Positions 1-12,184 are shown, numbered from the whole stretch's first letter. The stretch: 60,295 bases of DNA, filler included, from Sphacelaria rigidula (GCA_964200075.2; 8 parts of 8 records of this genome joined end to end with filler, not necessarily neighbours in it); one strand, 5' to 3'. A program made the numbers and translations. The notes: generated by a model not told the origin, from the sequence alone.

Positions 1-149
1 GGTGGGGAAGGTACGGCGAGGACAGGGATGTGAATGGGAATTTGGTGCGACGAGGGGCGGGGGGGGGGGGGGGGAAGGGGAGGGGGGCGTTGATGCAAGT
101 TGCGAGAGAGGTGACGTATGTTGTGGAAAGAATTGGATCCCAAAACGGA

Positions 150-515
150 GTGTTGTGTGTTGTCGTCCCATTTATTCTGCGCACCAGTCTACACCTTTCG
201 GTATATGTGGGCGCATCAGCCGGGGTCACACAGGAGGGTCAACACAGGAGCTTTTTCTTCTTAATTTGTTTTTAATACCCCCACCTTCCTTCTGCGGTGT
301 TTGCTTACTTTTATTTTTTATCGTGAGAGGAGTTCAGCAGTCCCTTTCCCTCGTCGACCGTTGAGTCGAATTTTTGTGTACCCATGACATCGTCGCTCTC
401 CACTGTTGGGCATGGTGTGAGAACAGATCCCANNNNNNNNNNCCCGGGAATCGAATCCCCCTACTCAACCATCAGAAGGTTACGAGGTTACCAACTGAGC
501 CACCAGGGCGACCGG
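150..515 (-). mobile_element. tRNA-derived SINE, family 1 copy
   Basis: Minus strand begins GCCCTGGTGGCTCAGTTGGTAA (A box) ... GGATTCGATTCC (B box). The body aligns by eye with copies at 24499, 38258, 45475 and 51313, and ends in an (ACA/CAA)-like tail. Confidence 0.85.
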
Positions 516-729
516 TCTGCATGGAAATACAGTATTATATTTCTCTCACGGTTTCTCGTTGCCAAGTATGTGTTATTCTTCAGCATGAGGGGCAGCTTCT
601 GTCTTGAGGTCTTTTGTATGTACGCTCAATTGTGTCTTGGTCAAATGGCGTACAGTTTTCTACAGAATGAAGAGAACGAGGCTATCAAAGTATCATGGAA
701 ATAAAAAGACGGAAAATACTTGCTTCACG

Positions 730-1245
730 TAGGCTAAGGCATGCCGAAGGGTGTCTAAGGCAAACCGTTCAAGGCACGTTTCAGGCAAACTAGTTGGCCT
801 CAGGCAACTGCTAAGGCATGCCTTACCCCGTAGTCATGCCTGAAATGCCTTAGTTTAGAGCTCGGGATGCCTGAGACTTGCCTTATAGACAATCACTCCG
901 GTGACCCTAATAATTGGAGTAGGCGTTGTCATAAGCTTGACTTATTGCCATTGTGTGGTATAATATGTTTGCCTCTGTTAAATAACGCATCTCAGGCATG
1001 AAATACCTTATTAGGCAACCCCTTGTCGAAAAGGGGCTCCAAGGCAAAAAATGAAACCCCGGTATCCCGGCTAATTGGAGTTGGCGTCGTCATTCGTGTG
1101 CCTTACTTCCATTCTTAGTTGTAGTATATGTGTTTGCCTCGCCCACACAAGGCATCTCAGGCGCCATAACCCCCTCTCAGGCAAACCCTCTCTGAAAAGG
1201 GGCTCTAAGGCAAAAAGTAAGGCATGTCTTATAAGTCAGGGCCTA
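730..1245. mobile_element. Non-autonomous hAT-like element with AGGCA/TGCCT subterminal arrays
   Basis: Termini TAGGC...GCCTA. Flanks GCTTCACG/GCTTTACC match 6/8 (decayed 8-bp TSD). Many AGGCA/TGCCT motifs and an internal ~140-bp duplication (911-1051 vs 1072-1216). Confidence 0.6.
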
Positions 1246-1270
1246 GCTTTACCGATACCGTACTCCGCAT

Positions 1271-2276
1271 AGGCTGGGTCAGGGTGAGTGCCCAAAAATT
1301 ATTCCCCACTGGATACAGGACGCAAAAGTGACCCGATAGAAACACATTTAGTATCATGGTGACCCCAACGAGCAAGAAAATAGGGTGACGTGGCCAGATT
1401 TTCCTTGCGTCCTTTATCGTGGCGCTGGGATCGAAGATGTTTCTCGGTCAATCAGGAGCCTTCAAATTGTTCTGAAATTGAAAACTGCGAATTGTCGACA
1501 AAAATTGTACCCAATCTCACCACGAATAAAGTCTTAGTAATCGTCATCAGGTAGAGAATCTACCGCAATGAAAAATTGAAAACAGTGTGCATGTGATGAA
1601 GTGACACCCCCAGAGCGTGGTATTTCGGTCATGTGGGGTATTAGCGTTGTCGGATTTCCACTAATGATATGAACCAACGACCCAGAAAGCCTCTGGACAT
1701 TTTCCCTTGTGTGTTGCGTAGAACTGATGGTTTGGTATTGTAGATATTGGTGCCATGAATGGGGTAAAAAATGTTGAGTATTTCAAAGCTGATCTGCTTT
1801 CTACTGGTTCCTGGGGTCCCAGCGTGAAGACCCTAGAAGTCGGTACAGGTTGCTTCATAATCGAAAAATTAATTTTTTTTGACTCGTCCCGAGGTAGTCC
1901 AAGTAAAGTTTGTACAGAATTTTGTTGCGTAAACGAAAAGCTGACCCCAAACGGTTTATTTAAGCTCAACCGCACAAGGAAATCGTCGGTAGCATACTAT
2001 GATCGAGTAATTATGGGATTCCGCCTATATTTCTATACTTCAACGCACACATGGGTGAAATTTTACGCCGTTTTTTCGAGTCAAGCCCTGAAATTTCGCA
2101 CATGAGTGCTCTGAGATACTCAGAAAGGCCATGAGATCTTTCGATTATTTGTTTCTTCCGCCAGATATCCAGGGTCCCAGGAGGCACTGTTTGTGCAGAA
2201 TTCAGGGTCCAGCTCGAATAAACGACGAGAGCTTCCGCTGGGGAGTAAATTCCGGTCGTTCACCCTGAACCAGCCT
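1271..2276. mobile_element. ~1-kb non-autonomous TIR DNA transposon
   Basis: AGGCTGGGTCAGGGTGAGTGCCCAAAAATTATTCCCCA at the left end is an imperfect inverted repeat of TGGGGAGTAAATTCCGGTCGTTCACCCTGAACCAGCCT at the right end. TSD unclear. Confidence 0.6.
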
Positions 2277-3296
2277 GTAGTAGTGTATAGAATGTTGTAC
2301 AGCCGCAGCGTCCAGCCTGTATTTGTGTATGAATAAACCCAACATGTGAAGCTTTATTTGGCGGTCGAAGGGTTACCTGTGTCCGATGCCTTGGGCGAAA
2401 ATTTCATTGAAAAGCTTTCGCGCTTGTTCTTGTTTTTTCTCTCGTCCGTGCCTCCCCCTGTATGAGCGAGCAAACGAGACCAGGTCAGCTCAGCCGGCCC
2501 GAAAATTGCGGTATTTTGCTCCCTATTCCGGGGGTGGAAAATCGTCAAGCAAATGACCAATTCTGCTTGTTGACCATCCTGGGCGCCGCGATCTTTGTTA
2601 GAGTAAGAGGCGACGGCCGCCCTCTCCCCCTTTTGTTCGAGAGGTTAAACTCCCCAATGTCGTCTATCTCAGCTTTTCAGTTTTTCTATGATTTCGTCGG
2701 GTGCTTAACACCAACACCATCGGGCCCGGTGAGCGGACCTAGATGGCCTTTGGCAGGCACCCTTGAATTGCCTGGCGGAATGACCAGCGTTATATCCACC
2801 TCGGTGTATCGACGGCCCAGTGATGCTTCGGCTTCCCCGATTTCGTGGCGGAGTGTGTACGGGAGAGTCCATCGAGGTTGCGGTAGATCGTGGGTGATGA
2901 CACGTCGAAATTCTGGGGAAAAAAATGCAGACAATTATAAAAATATTGATACATTCTTGAAGTATTCCCGAAATATGGGTAATTTCGTTCAAACAAATTT
3001 CAGTGATGTGACCGCGACCGTCTTTTGTTTTGTTATATGGGTATCCTCATCAACATATATGTCGAAGAAGCCGAACTTTAGCATCGTGACCACCTCTGCG
3101 TGGGAGGCACGATCTTGACTCCATGACGTACTTTATTCATGGCACAGAAGAAGCATTCATCAGTCAACCAAGTTTCGTACGCCGGTTGGGGTAAAGTTAT
3201 ATATATATATATATATACACACACATAATCGTTCGACCCTCCCGTTCCTTTGTGCCCCCTCCTTTTGTTTTCCTTATGTTGCTTCATGTGCTGAAG

Positions 3297-3411
3297 GTTC
3301 GGGCGAGGACCTCGACTTCCCCACTCCCCTACCAGGGCCCATAACCAATGGAGATCTCGTGGACGAAAAGGGCAAGCCATTGCCCGAAAAAACTGCCGGA
3401 AAGCACTACAA
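3297..3411 (+). CDS. DUSP-domain protein (USP-associated domain), penultimate exon
   Basis: Pyrimidine tract + AAG acceptor and GTGAG donor at 3412. Translates SGEDLDFPTPLPGPITNGDLVDEKGKPLPEKTAGKHY, containing the DUSP PGPI(D/T)N motif. Phase matches exon 7142-7289. Confidence 0.8.
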
Positions 3412-5189
3412 GTGAGCTAGACCTGAAGAACAGACAAGGATCTTGAAAGCCGAGTAGGTTTCAACGGCATGCAAAGGTCGAAATGCATTGGCACATGAGA
3501 CGGAAAGTCAAACCATTTGATTGTATTCACAAGCTATGATATGAAAAGACTCCCCCTCCCCCGCTATTTTCGTCCTTTGACTGTCGAAACAAAATATCTC
3601 ACCGTCATGAATAATCTGTTTTTATTTTCCCCTTGCGATTCTCTACATCAAATTTCGAAAGCAAAATACTCAAAACCGAGCTCCTCAATCGCCTGCAACG
3701 CTCAAATTCGTTTTTTAGGCTTTTCTAACTCGCAGAGCATGGTTCAAACCTTTCAGCGCCTGCTGCCTGCTGCGAGACCTGACCGTCCCGTGGAGGATGG
3801 CGTTACGCGTAGACGAGAAAGACATGGCAGGATGTCAGGGCGCTGAAACAGATTTTGCGCGTAGTTTATTCTCGACCACTCGCATCGCAGCAGGCTAACA
3901 TGACTGGGAATGCGGGTTGGGGTTTTTGTAGGCTGCGTGTGCCTCAGGGTCAGCAGAAAACAACCGGGACGGAAGTAAGGGTCTACGGGAAGGACAAGCT
4001 GACCACGAGGTTCCATGCGTCTTTATATGTGTACTCTGTGTCTACGCCTGTTCATCCTGCTCAGTCGCCTGTTGGGGGATGTCGGGGGAAACAAGTTTCC
4101 CGCGAACCTCCGGCCCAAAGTAAAAAACCACCCAATCACGTCCACATACCTCTCCCGCAGGGCGTACACCCAGCATCAAATGTAGCACGCCATTGAGCTC
4201 TTCAGCAACGAAACACACAGTTCGGTTCTGTGTGCGTCGGCGTGTTTACCACTTCCATGTGTGTGTGTGTTTTTTTACAGTCAGCTGTCCGCGCTGTCGC
4301 TGCTACTATACCCTCTGTACGGCTTTCAAATTGTGAGACGGTAGTGCAGCTATAATAGCTGGCCCTGGGTCATGCCCTACATAACTTCAGACTGTGCTGT
4401 ACTGTCCGGCACCAAACGGTTCGAGATCGGCTGTGTGTGTGTGTAGACCACGTGCGCGATTCACTGTAGTTGATGTTGGTATGATCGCGGGCTTCTGCCC
4501 TGTTGTTGGGGTATCGATAATTGTGAGGCTGTGCCGTGGTGCTGTGATGATCTGTGATGGACGCGTTTGCATGGCGACGGCCTTCCTTCGTAGGCCTTGT
4601 CATCCCACCGAAGGCAGTTATGTCGAATCCCCGGCTAGATTTCGAGAAAAGAACACCAAAATAGAAGCGGCCTGCTGGTTCGTGGGCGCTCATGGGATTA
4701 GTCTTCTCTACCATGGTACTATGAAGTTTCATCCTTTGCTCTCTGCCGTGTTTTGTGTCGTACTGTTGCGGTGTTGATGGAGATGTTTGCATGGAAAAGG
4801 TCTGGACGCCGTGTGATACCCTTTCCGCGGAATTGAGGCTCTACACTCACGCTCAAGTTCCAAATGTGCCCAGGAGTGGGCAGGGTAAAAAATATCTGAA
4901 AATGTCATGTGTCGTTATCGATACGACATGTGATTCTCACTAATACTAATACTGAGACTAAGACTGCCGGCCGTCGATACCCTGCGTACCCTGGAGGGTT
5001 GGCTACTCACCCCCCACCCCACCCCAAAAATCCGTGGTACATCAGGGTACAATATGTACACTATCCTCAGCACATATGAAAAGGTTCGTACAGTAGTCGG
5101 CATACAAATTGGGCGAATTTTGTAGTTGAGTATTTTGGGCGATTTTTTGCGTGCCACCCCTCATGATGGTGAACGTTTATATTCCCAAA

Positions 5190-5490
5190 GTTGGGGGTAT
5201 CAAGAGACACTAGCATCCGCCTCACATTCGGTGGAGAAATCATTTCTGCACTTGATATGTGGAACGACTCACGGGGTGACCGCTTCTGGGGGGTCCTGCG
5301 ACCACGCAGTCTCAGGTTCTGACTCTTGGGTATTATTGGTCGATTGAAGCACTCCCGATCGTTATCGTGAACAGGTAGGAACAACTTTTTTTTACGAGTT
5401 TCTACCTATTCATTGCGCTGGAGCCGGAAAACTGTGCTTTTCACCCGTTTACGGTCAATAGTACCCTCCTAACAAACGAGATGTTTGTTC
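5190..5490 (+). repeat. Dispersed repeat, homologous to 15250-15530
   Basis: Shared blocks ATCCGC..CACATTC, ACGGGGTGACC..GGGGGTCCT.CG, GAGCCG.AAAACTGTG and ACGGTCAATA..ACCCTCCT in two different contigs. Confidence 0.7.
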
Positions 5491-5699
5491 TGCATCACTC
5501 CAACAACACCAACTTGAGGGACTGTGTCCTGAGCACCATCTGTTTCCCCCCCACCAATATTGCGATTTTTAGATTTTTGGTTGGCGGTATTTGGGGCCTT
5601 GAGTCTCGCCCGTAGTCGGACCCTGTGTTCATTTCTACTTGTCGTCGCGCGTCGAGTTGGAAAGCCGGGTGCCACCCCCTGAAGTCCGAATGGCCATCT

Positions 5700-5927
5700 G
5701 CGGCACCGGATCATCTGAGGTTAGTCATATGTACCATCTCAATTCTTTATTATTCATCCCTGTTTTGCTTTTATCGCGTTTTGTGAGTTAAAATGGGTCT
5801 AGTTGGCTTTTTTAGCTTTTTTGCTAGCCTGTGACCACGGAAGGCGTCCGCATCAGATGCCCAGTACGAATGTACCGCGCAGATATCGGAACGGTTTTTT
5901 CATGTGACAACAACAACAACAACAACA
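5700..5927 (+). mobile_element. Probable non-LTR retroposon 3' end with (CAA)n tail
   Basis: T-rich tract, then TGTGACCACGG (5830-5840), then (CAA)n. The same motif occurs at 30208 (-), 44459 (+) and 58706 (-). Left boundary approximate. Confidence 0.45.
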
Positions 5928-6570
5928 TTATCGACTCTAGCGCTTTTGAGTGCTAAGGAAGGATAGTAATGATTGGCCCGCCGAGAGCAGCGTTTTGCGC
6001 GCATAACAACACCCTTCAATTTCACCGAGGAAATGCCGCGGCGAAAATGTTGAGAAAAATAACGTTATATTCAGTTTCGTTTGATGTGTGTTAGTGACTG
6101 GGTAGGGTGTGGTTGGGATGATTTTTTTCGTTTGGGGGCCGATGTATATTTGGGTTGGATGGATTGGGATGATTTTTTTTTTTTGGACAAAGACATGACG
6201 AATAAAAATACAGTCGTAGTAACATGGATGGGATGTATATATATATATATATATTGTTCATTGTTGTGGAGATTTTTGGATGAGGGTAAAATAATGAATG
6301 AAAATACAGTCGTCAGAAGATGGATGGGATGGGTTTTTGTTGTTTCGGGGGGGTTTGGACAACGGAAAGACGATATGCGAGAATTCGCCCAGTCTGCACG
6401 CGGACTAGGCAAGCCTTGCATGTGCTCTGCAACCAAGTCCGGGCGGGCCGAACCCAATCCCCACCTTTCAGGATGAGGGATAGGTACAGTACGAAAGTGG
6501 TATTATGGTGAAACGAAGCAAGACTCGAAGGTGCCTTCTCATAGCGGAGGAGGTTAGGGAAGCTACCGTA

Positions 6571-6778
6571 CAAGGGCAGGTCGAGTAGGGTATAATACCC
6601 AAGTGCTGGGTATTTTGAAAGTCGTACTTGGAGTACACAAGTTGGGGCAGGGTGTCAATGGTTGCTTTCCAGTTACTTTTTGGGTACGATCTTCAACACC
6701 CTACCTCAATTTGAGTACTTGAGAGTACGACTTTCGTAATACCCCGCAGTTGAGTATAGCCTACCCGACCTGCCCTTG
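6571..6778. mobile_element. hAT-type MITE
   Basis: TIR CAAGGGCAGGTCGAGTAGG / CCTACCCGACCTGCCCTTG, with near full-length foldback. Flanks CTACCGTA/CTGTCGTA match 6/8. Confidence 0.8.
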
Positions 6779-7141
6779 CTGTCGTAAAGTTCGTGCGGGA
6801 AGTTGCTACGCATGCGCGTTTATGTGCGTATCATCTTCAAGACTTTTGTGCACGGAGCTATTTTTCCCTTTTTGTCCCCTGCCTAAAATAAAATTTAATG
6901 TATGACGACTACGATCGGCTGATCGCTATGCCACCCTGATCGCTCGACGGCCAGCTTGATCGCGCTTTGCTTCATTTTTAGCTTCGAGGTGTTTCATTCA
7001 ACGGCGGCGGTTTCCCCCTCCCTTTTTTTTTTTTCTCTGTTCCTTTCCGTTCCGTCTTCGCTCTGCGCTGCTATTCTTCTCCTTTGTTCGTTTGTTGTCT
7101 TCTCTTTTCTCTTTATTTGTTTTCTTCTTTTATTACGTCAG

Positions 7142-7289
7142 GGGAGCCGTGAAGGAAGTGTGGCAATTTTTGCATGGTCGATATGGGGGAGGACCGGTGA
7201 TACGCCGCAGCGATCCGTGCGGTCTCTACGATAGCCCATCACCACCCGACCCGTCGTCTTCTACTTCTCCTTCCTCCTGTTCTCCTTGA
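7142..7289 (+). CDS. DUSP-domain protein, terminal exon
   Basis: Long polypyrimidine tract ending CAG at 7141. Translates GAVKEVWQFLHGRYGGGPVIRR...stop, matching the DUSP C-terminal W..L...YGGGP.I.R motif. Confidence 0.82.
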
Positions 7290-7450
7290 GTTTTGCGATA
7301 AAAATCCTGAAAATAGTGTCTCTGGTTCTGCGTTTCGGTTCTGGTGATTTTTGTTCTTGGTAGGGTGGGGGGGGGGGGGGGGGGGGGGCTCCGGCATGAC
7401 AACATCTACTTGAAAATATAGGGAGCCCTCTCGATACTTTTTTTCTTCCC

Positions 7451-7550
7451 NNNNNNNNNNNNNNNNNNNNNNNNNNNNNNNNNNNNNNNNNNNNTTAATT
7501 AATTAANNNNNNNNNNNNNNNNNNNNNNNNNNNNNNNNNNNNNNNNNNNN
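7451..7550. other. Artificial contig linker N44-TTAATTAATTAA-N44 (also 15001-15100, 22551-22650, 30101-30200, 37650-37749, 45199-45298, 52748-52847)
   Basis: The same 100-bp spacer with six-frame stops occurs seven times. The intervening pieces are 7450-7448 bp in descending order. Confidence 0.97.
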
Positions 7551-7620
7551 CGCGTCGGGAATCGAACCCTCGTTCTCTCCACCCTAATGGCGACAGTCGG
7601 ACCATTACACCACCGGGGCG
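7551..7620 (-). mobile_element. tRNA-like head of a second SINE family (cut by contig end)
   Basis: GCCCCGGTGGTGTAATGG (A box) ... GGGTTCGATTCCC (B box). No 3' acceptor strand, so not an intact tRNA. Confidence 0.55.
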
Positions 7621-7880
7621 CGGTGGCAAACCCTCGCGCCTGAAAAAAAGTAACACTCCCGAACTTGTATCTTGGAGGGTCAATACCATGGCCGGACAAC
7701 CTATCGATGAGTACATGGATAAATAAACAAATAAATAAGTAAATAAATAAGTCAAATGAAGATACTATAGCAGTGACAAACAAAAAGGGGCGCCTTAGTA
7801 CTCATACACAGAGGCTACCGATATCCCCAGAGGAATGGCTTGCACTACGCCACATACTAGTTGTTGTAAGAGCCGATCAC

Positions 7881-8028
7881 CTTCGTGACAGGGTCGTCGA
7901 TGTGCTCTGATAAAGCAAGCGCATTTGCCAGTAGCTCCTCCACCTTCCCGTGCCTTGCCTTCACCAGTTCCTGCTTCATAGTGGGGTTCCGTGAGCAGCG
8001 GTCGTTTGGATTTACAATCATTGCCTCC
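7881..8028 (-). CDS. Candidate isolated exon, unknown product
   Basis: Open frame EAMIVNPNDRCSRNPTMKQELVKARHGKVEELLANALALSEHIDDPVTK, bounded by AG and AAG|GTGA. Confidence 0.35.
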
Positions 8029-8067
8029 CTTCAGGACATGGAATTCTATTACCGCACATCGTTTTTT

Positions 8068-8589
8068 GGGGGGGTGTACTCATGATCATGCATGCCATAG
8101 TCATAAGACCATTGACCTTGCATCCCTCCAAAGCCGAGACGGAGCATGCCGGGTTTCCGCCGGACCAGGCTCGCACTCAATCACCAAGCGCGCAGCGCCA
8201 TGATGTGTTCGGCGAGTCGCATGAGGGGTGAGCTGCATCCTGCTGAGACTGCTCAATCCGAAGCATACTGATTATCTTGCATTTGGGTGACAGCCTGCAA
8301 TGAGTTGCTTCATTCTTGTGGTATCGCCACTTCCAGAGACAGCCACGGCTTAAACACTACCTCATAGGTATCTCGCCATTCAAACACTACGCAGTACGAT
8401 GATCCCCATTGTGCGGAGTTGAGATTCTCTCACGCCGCACACCATGATCCAGCTCGACTATCATCATGGTTACCGCAACAAAACGCAAGCGCGTAAAACA
8501 AATCGGTAATCTGGTTGCCTGACTTCCGCAGTGAGTGGCGTATTTGATTGCGTCATCGCCAACCGACGCCAACCCCATCGGGGGTCCGT
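8068..8589 (-). mobile_element. 5'-truncated non-LTR retrotransposon, C-tailed family (long type)
   Basis: Flanked by direct repeat CATCGTTTTTT (8057-8067 and 8590-8600). The 3' part is homologous to 22417-22550 and 57890-58070. Ends GAGTAC-A-C(n). Confidence 0.75.
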
Positions 8590-8602
8590 CATCGTTTTTT
8601 TT

Positions 8603-8692
8603 GGGGGGGTAGGGGGTACTCATTTGTTGCTTGCCTTCGTCGTTTGACCATTGACCACGCATCCCTTTCGAGACGGAGCACCGTTCCTACTC
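8603..8692 (-). mobile_element. C-tailed retroposon 3' fragment (short type)
   Basis: Nearly identical to 40441-40510 and 53743-53781. An internally deleted relative lies at 11949-11991. Confidence 0.75.
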
Positions 8693-11234
8693 CTAATAGA
8701 GACACGTTTTGTTTTTTTGGGGGGGTCTGAATATCAAGATGACCGCGCTGTCTTGCTTTGCACACTGTCTGGTATTGACGGATGGGGAAAATGTTCGCTA
8801 TTTATGTATATGTACATGGTCGAGACCGGATGTTCAACGTCCGAGTAGCGTACAATCTGAGGTTGAGATACTCTAGCGTAGTCTAACACTACATCGTGTA
8901 AACAGCAAGAGGCGTCCTTTCAGGTCGTGTAACGCCTCATTAAACGATTGCAACTGCCGTTTCTTCCGTATAATCATGACCGTTCCTGAACATACGTGTA
9001 TTCCGCACTTGTTTCGACTTGTTTACACCAGGTCGGCTGTAGAGAAGAGAGCAGAACCAACCTATTTGCCATAAAGTAGCACACAGGCCAATCTGATCGC
9101 TAGCCGCAGAGTGAAGCACGTCGATACAAAATGGCCCCGCGTACCTGCTCTATTCTATTGGTTAGTCGATATTTTATTCGATACAACAGCTTACTGCGTC
9201 TGTGCTATGCACATATTAGTGATATTTACCAAACAGCACCATTCAGTTACCATCCTGGACGATAGAAGCAGCATTGCCAGTAACCCGCAAGTATCGCCAT
9301 TATCTATCCGGTAGTACACAGAAATATGAGTCGTGCTTGTATGTGTACGAAGTGAACATGAATGTACACACATAGATCAAAGCATTTGTGAACACTGTAT
9401 GTTCTCAACCATCACGTTAGGAAAATCCCTGTAAGTGACTCGCCTCCTGTGCAAGGTTAACCATCCCTCGTATGCCCTCCGGTGTGCAGTCCATCGACGC
9501 CATACCTCGTGTGCTGGCCATCAGGAGACGATTAATGAAACCAAGATTGTCAGCCATGCCCGTCTGTCGCGGCAAGCAAGCGTATCAAAGGTGGGTATGT
9601 ACTCAGCCTGAGTTCTTCGTCGCATTGTGTTCACATGAGTTGTCCACTTTCCGTTAATATAAATATACATACATGGTTTGCGCAATCTTCACATCCGAAG
9701 GAGCACACAGCGTAAAATACCAAGGGGTGCATCGCCACCTCACGTACGTCACATGTACTGTGACTGTATTCCGGCACATCAGCTCGCCTCAGAGAACACC
9801 TGGTAGAGCCAAAGCACCGACTTCTCTTCATATCCCGAACTCTACGCGTGTGTGTTTTTTCTTGTCTGAACGCGCGGCCTTTTTTCCAGGTGAAACAAAT
9901 TGCCTAGGTGCCATGAGCACTTCCCTACCCTGGTGCACATCTCTTGCACTGTGCGCAGGCAACTCACAGCACGAGTTAATGTCTTGTCCTCGTCAGCGGA
10001 CAGTTAGTTTCGGAAACTCCCTTTTACTGCTGTCAGAGTATGTATCTATGCTATGGGGTCTAATCGAATTCAGTCGTCGGTCTTCGGAAGCCGTTTTGTT
10101 TACTCAGCGTTTTGGATTTTTTGCGTGCTGTACTTGTATCATGTGTGTGAAACAAAAAAAACGAGCACTGTACCAACCCCCAAAACCTGCAATGAGTGTG
10201 AAATTGTCCGCCGACGCAAAAATTGTCGCGGTCGGTAAGGGATACGGTGTTAGCTGATGGCACAAAAAAGGCGGAACTACAACTTTAGAATTCGAAACAT
10301 TCATTTTCAAAGGTCATCCATCACGCTACAGACATCTGCTAGGTGCCAAACAACACGCTTTGCCGTGCCCCCTTTGCGGTGCGTGTTGTTTTCGCTACTT
10401 TGAAAAAACAATATACCCTATCACCTGCTTGGCGAGTAGCTTTCATTCGCCGTAACCGCAGTCCGCGGTACGCTTGAATCCTAAGCTTCTTTGGCCATCA
10501 ACCTGAACTGTGCTTAGGACCAGGTACTGATCTCGTTATGTTGGTATCGTAGCAGTCCTTCTTGCCTTTATGCTAATGTCTGCAATTGCCCCATACAATC
10601 GCGCCGCATACAGCATGTCCAACTCTTCTCTCGGCGGCTGAGTCATCTTCTCGCAGCACAAACACAACCACCGCTGCACCGGCAGAGCATGAGATGGTAC
10701 CGGCGGAAATCCTAGATATGCCAGAGCTTCCTGCATGTTCAGAGACGACGCGAGAGTATTAGAATCACACCAGAAAATCACATACACCCAAGAGGCGGCA
10801 CATCTCTCAGTCCAGCCAACCACCCCTCCCCCCTTTTCGCTCTTTTGAATGTTATCAGACGTTGGAGGGTAATCATCCCACGAGCAGCATGAAGGCATTA
10901 TTCGCAAACGGCTGCGTTAGCTGCAGGAATGATGTAATGAATAAAAATAGACGACAGGATAGATGGAATGATTGATCATATCCCCTCTGCCTGTAGGGTG
11001 TGGCTCGGTGTTCGGGCACCTCGACAAAGCAGCCACCTCTCAGATATCTGTTAATCCGACTCGCGGTTATTTTCTCTTGCCGATCTTCTCCCAAAAATAG
11101 TATACACCGTTTCTCTGAGTCCAGAAATACTCTTCCAATCCGTCACCCAACTTCTTATTCGGAAGTCTGACGACGTCTGGTAACATAGTTACTTCGATTT
11201 TGAGCTTCCCCGTCCCGCTAAATTGGCCTTGAAA

Positions 11235-11620
11235 GCAAACCCAGATGTAGTGTAGATTTCTATATTCTACACCCAAGTCTGGATATACTGCGGAATGTTG
11301 ACACCTGGTTCGTGCAGTAGAATGATCTCAAAGATTTCAATTTCATCTCCCACGCCAAAACAGTCTCCTTCTTTGGGGGATTTTTTGTCTTGTCCCGGGG
11401 GTCCTCGACAAGGAACCCGACACCAGTTTGCGAAGCGTCTGCAGATGTCGACCATGGAGCTCAAATGAACTCGTTCGGTACCCTAAAATTTTCGTGTCCC
11501 AGCTCTACGGGCAGTGCGGTGGTCCCAGGGCACGGCCGCCTTCCTAACCCTTATTATTGTTCTCAGGTCACCACGTCAACCCGGCTGTCATTATTCCAAA
11601 CAAAGCCCACACTTGCACCC
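11235..11620 (-). pseudogene. Frameshifted OTU-like cysteine protease relic
   Basis: Motifs appear in OTU order across shifting frames: PENNNK/VRKAAVPW, G(V/W)GDEIEIFEI..L...VNI, LGVEYRNLHYIWV. The catalytic Cys motif is not clearly preserved. Confidence 0.4.
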
Positions 11621-12184
11621 GAGTAAAACCCACTGATCGCTTGAGTCAACTTGAGTCTTGAGGTTCGCCCCCGGATACAACAAACTCCAACAACACATCA
11701 GTTGACTCAACGAGCACTATTTTGGTTCAAAAACTATGTACACAAAGTCTGATCCCAGTTCGTTTTTCATTTACTCTCTTCCCTCGCCTACCTCCTGTGG
11801 GCCTTTATGACACGAGAAATTGGGGTGAAGTGGCTCAGCTTAGAGACACGATCTACGTGGTCAGTCAATCTGCAATTCTGATTCTTGTCAGACGTCAAAC
11901 TGGATCGCGGTTTCATTTTCGGTTCTTGATAGATAAACAGTGTGTGTGGGGGGTACTTATTTGTTTGCGAGAGGGAGCACCGTTCTTACTACACAGTCGG
12001 AGGGGGGGGGGGCGGGCACCATAGTGAGGTGGGTTGTCAGCCCGACATGACTCCGCTATAGAGGAACCCCGCGCTCTACTGAAATTGTGCTCATTCATTG
12101 ATAAGATAGTGGGTCGGGCTTGTAATTCAGATATTTTGACCGTACCTTCCGCACTTTGAGGAACTTTACTGTGGTGGAATCCCC

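Noticed and set aside
443..515. tRNA genes at SINE heads (also 7551-7620, 24800-24870, 38258-38335, 45755-45823, 52635-52690)
   Set aside because: No complete cloverleaf or acceptor pairing. Most are fused to a repeated body.
2462..3118. 218-aa plus-strand ORF
   Set aside because: No recognisable motif, and it probably lies in an intron of the DUSP gene.
7495..7506. TTAATTAATTAA recurring every ~7.55 kb as a regulatory or CRISPR-like repeat
   Set aside because: It is always centred in N runs and is an artificial six-frame-stop linker.
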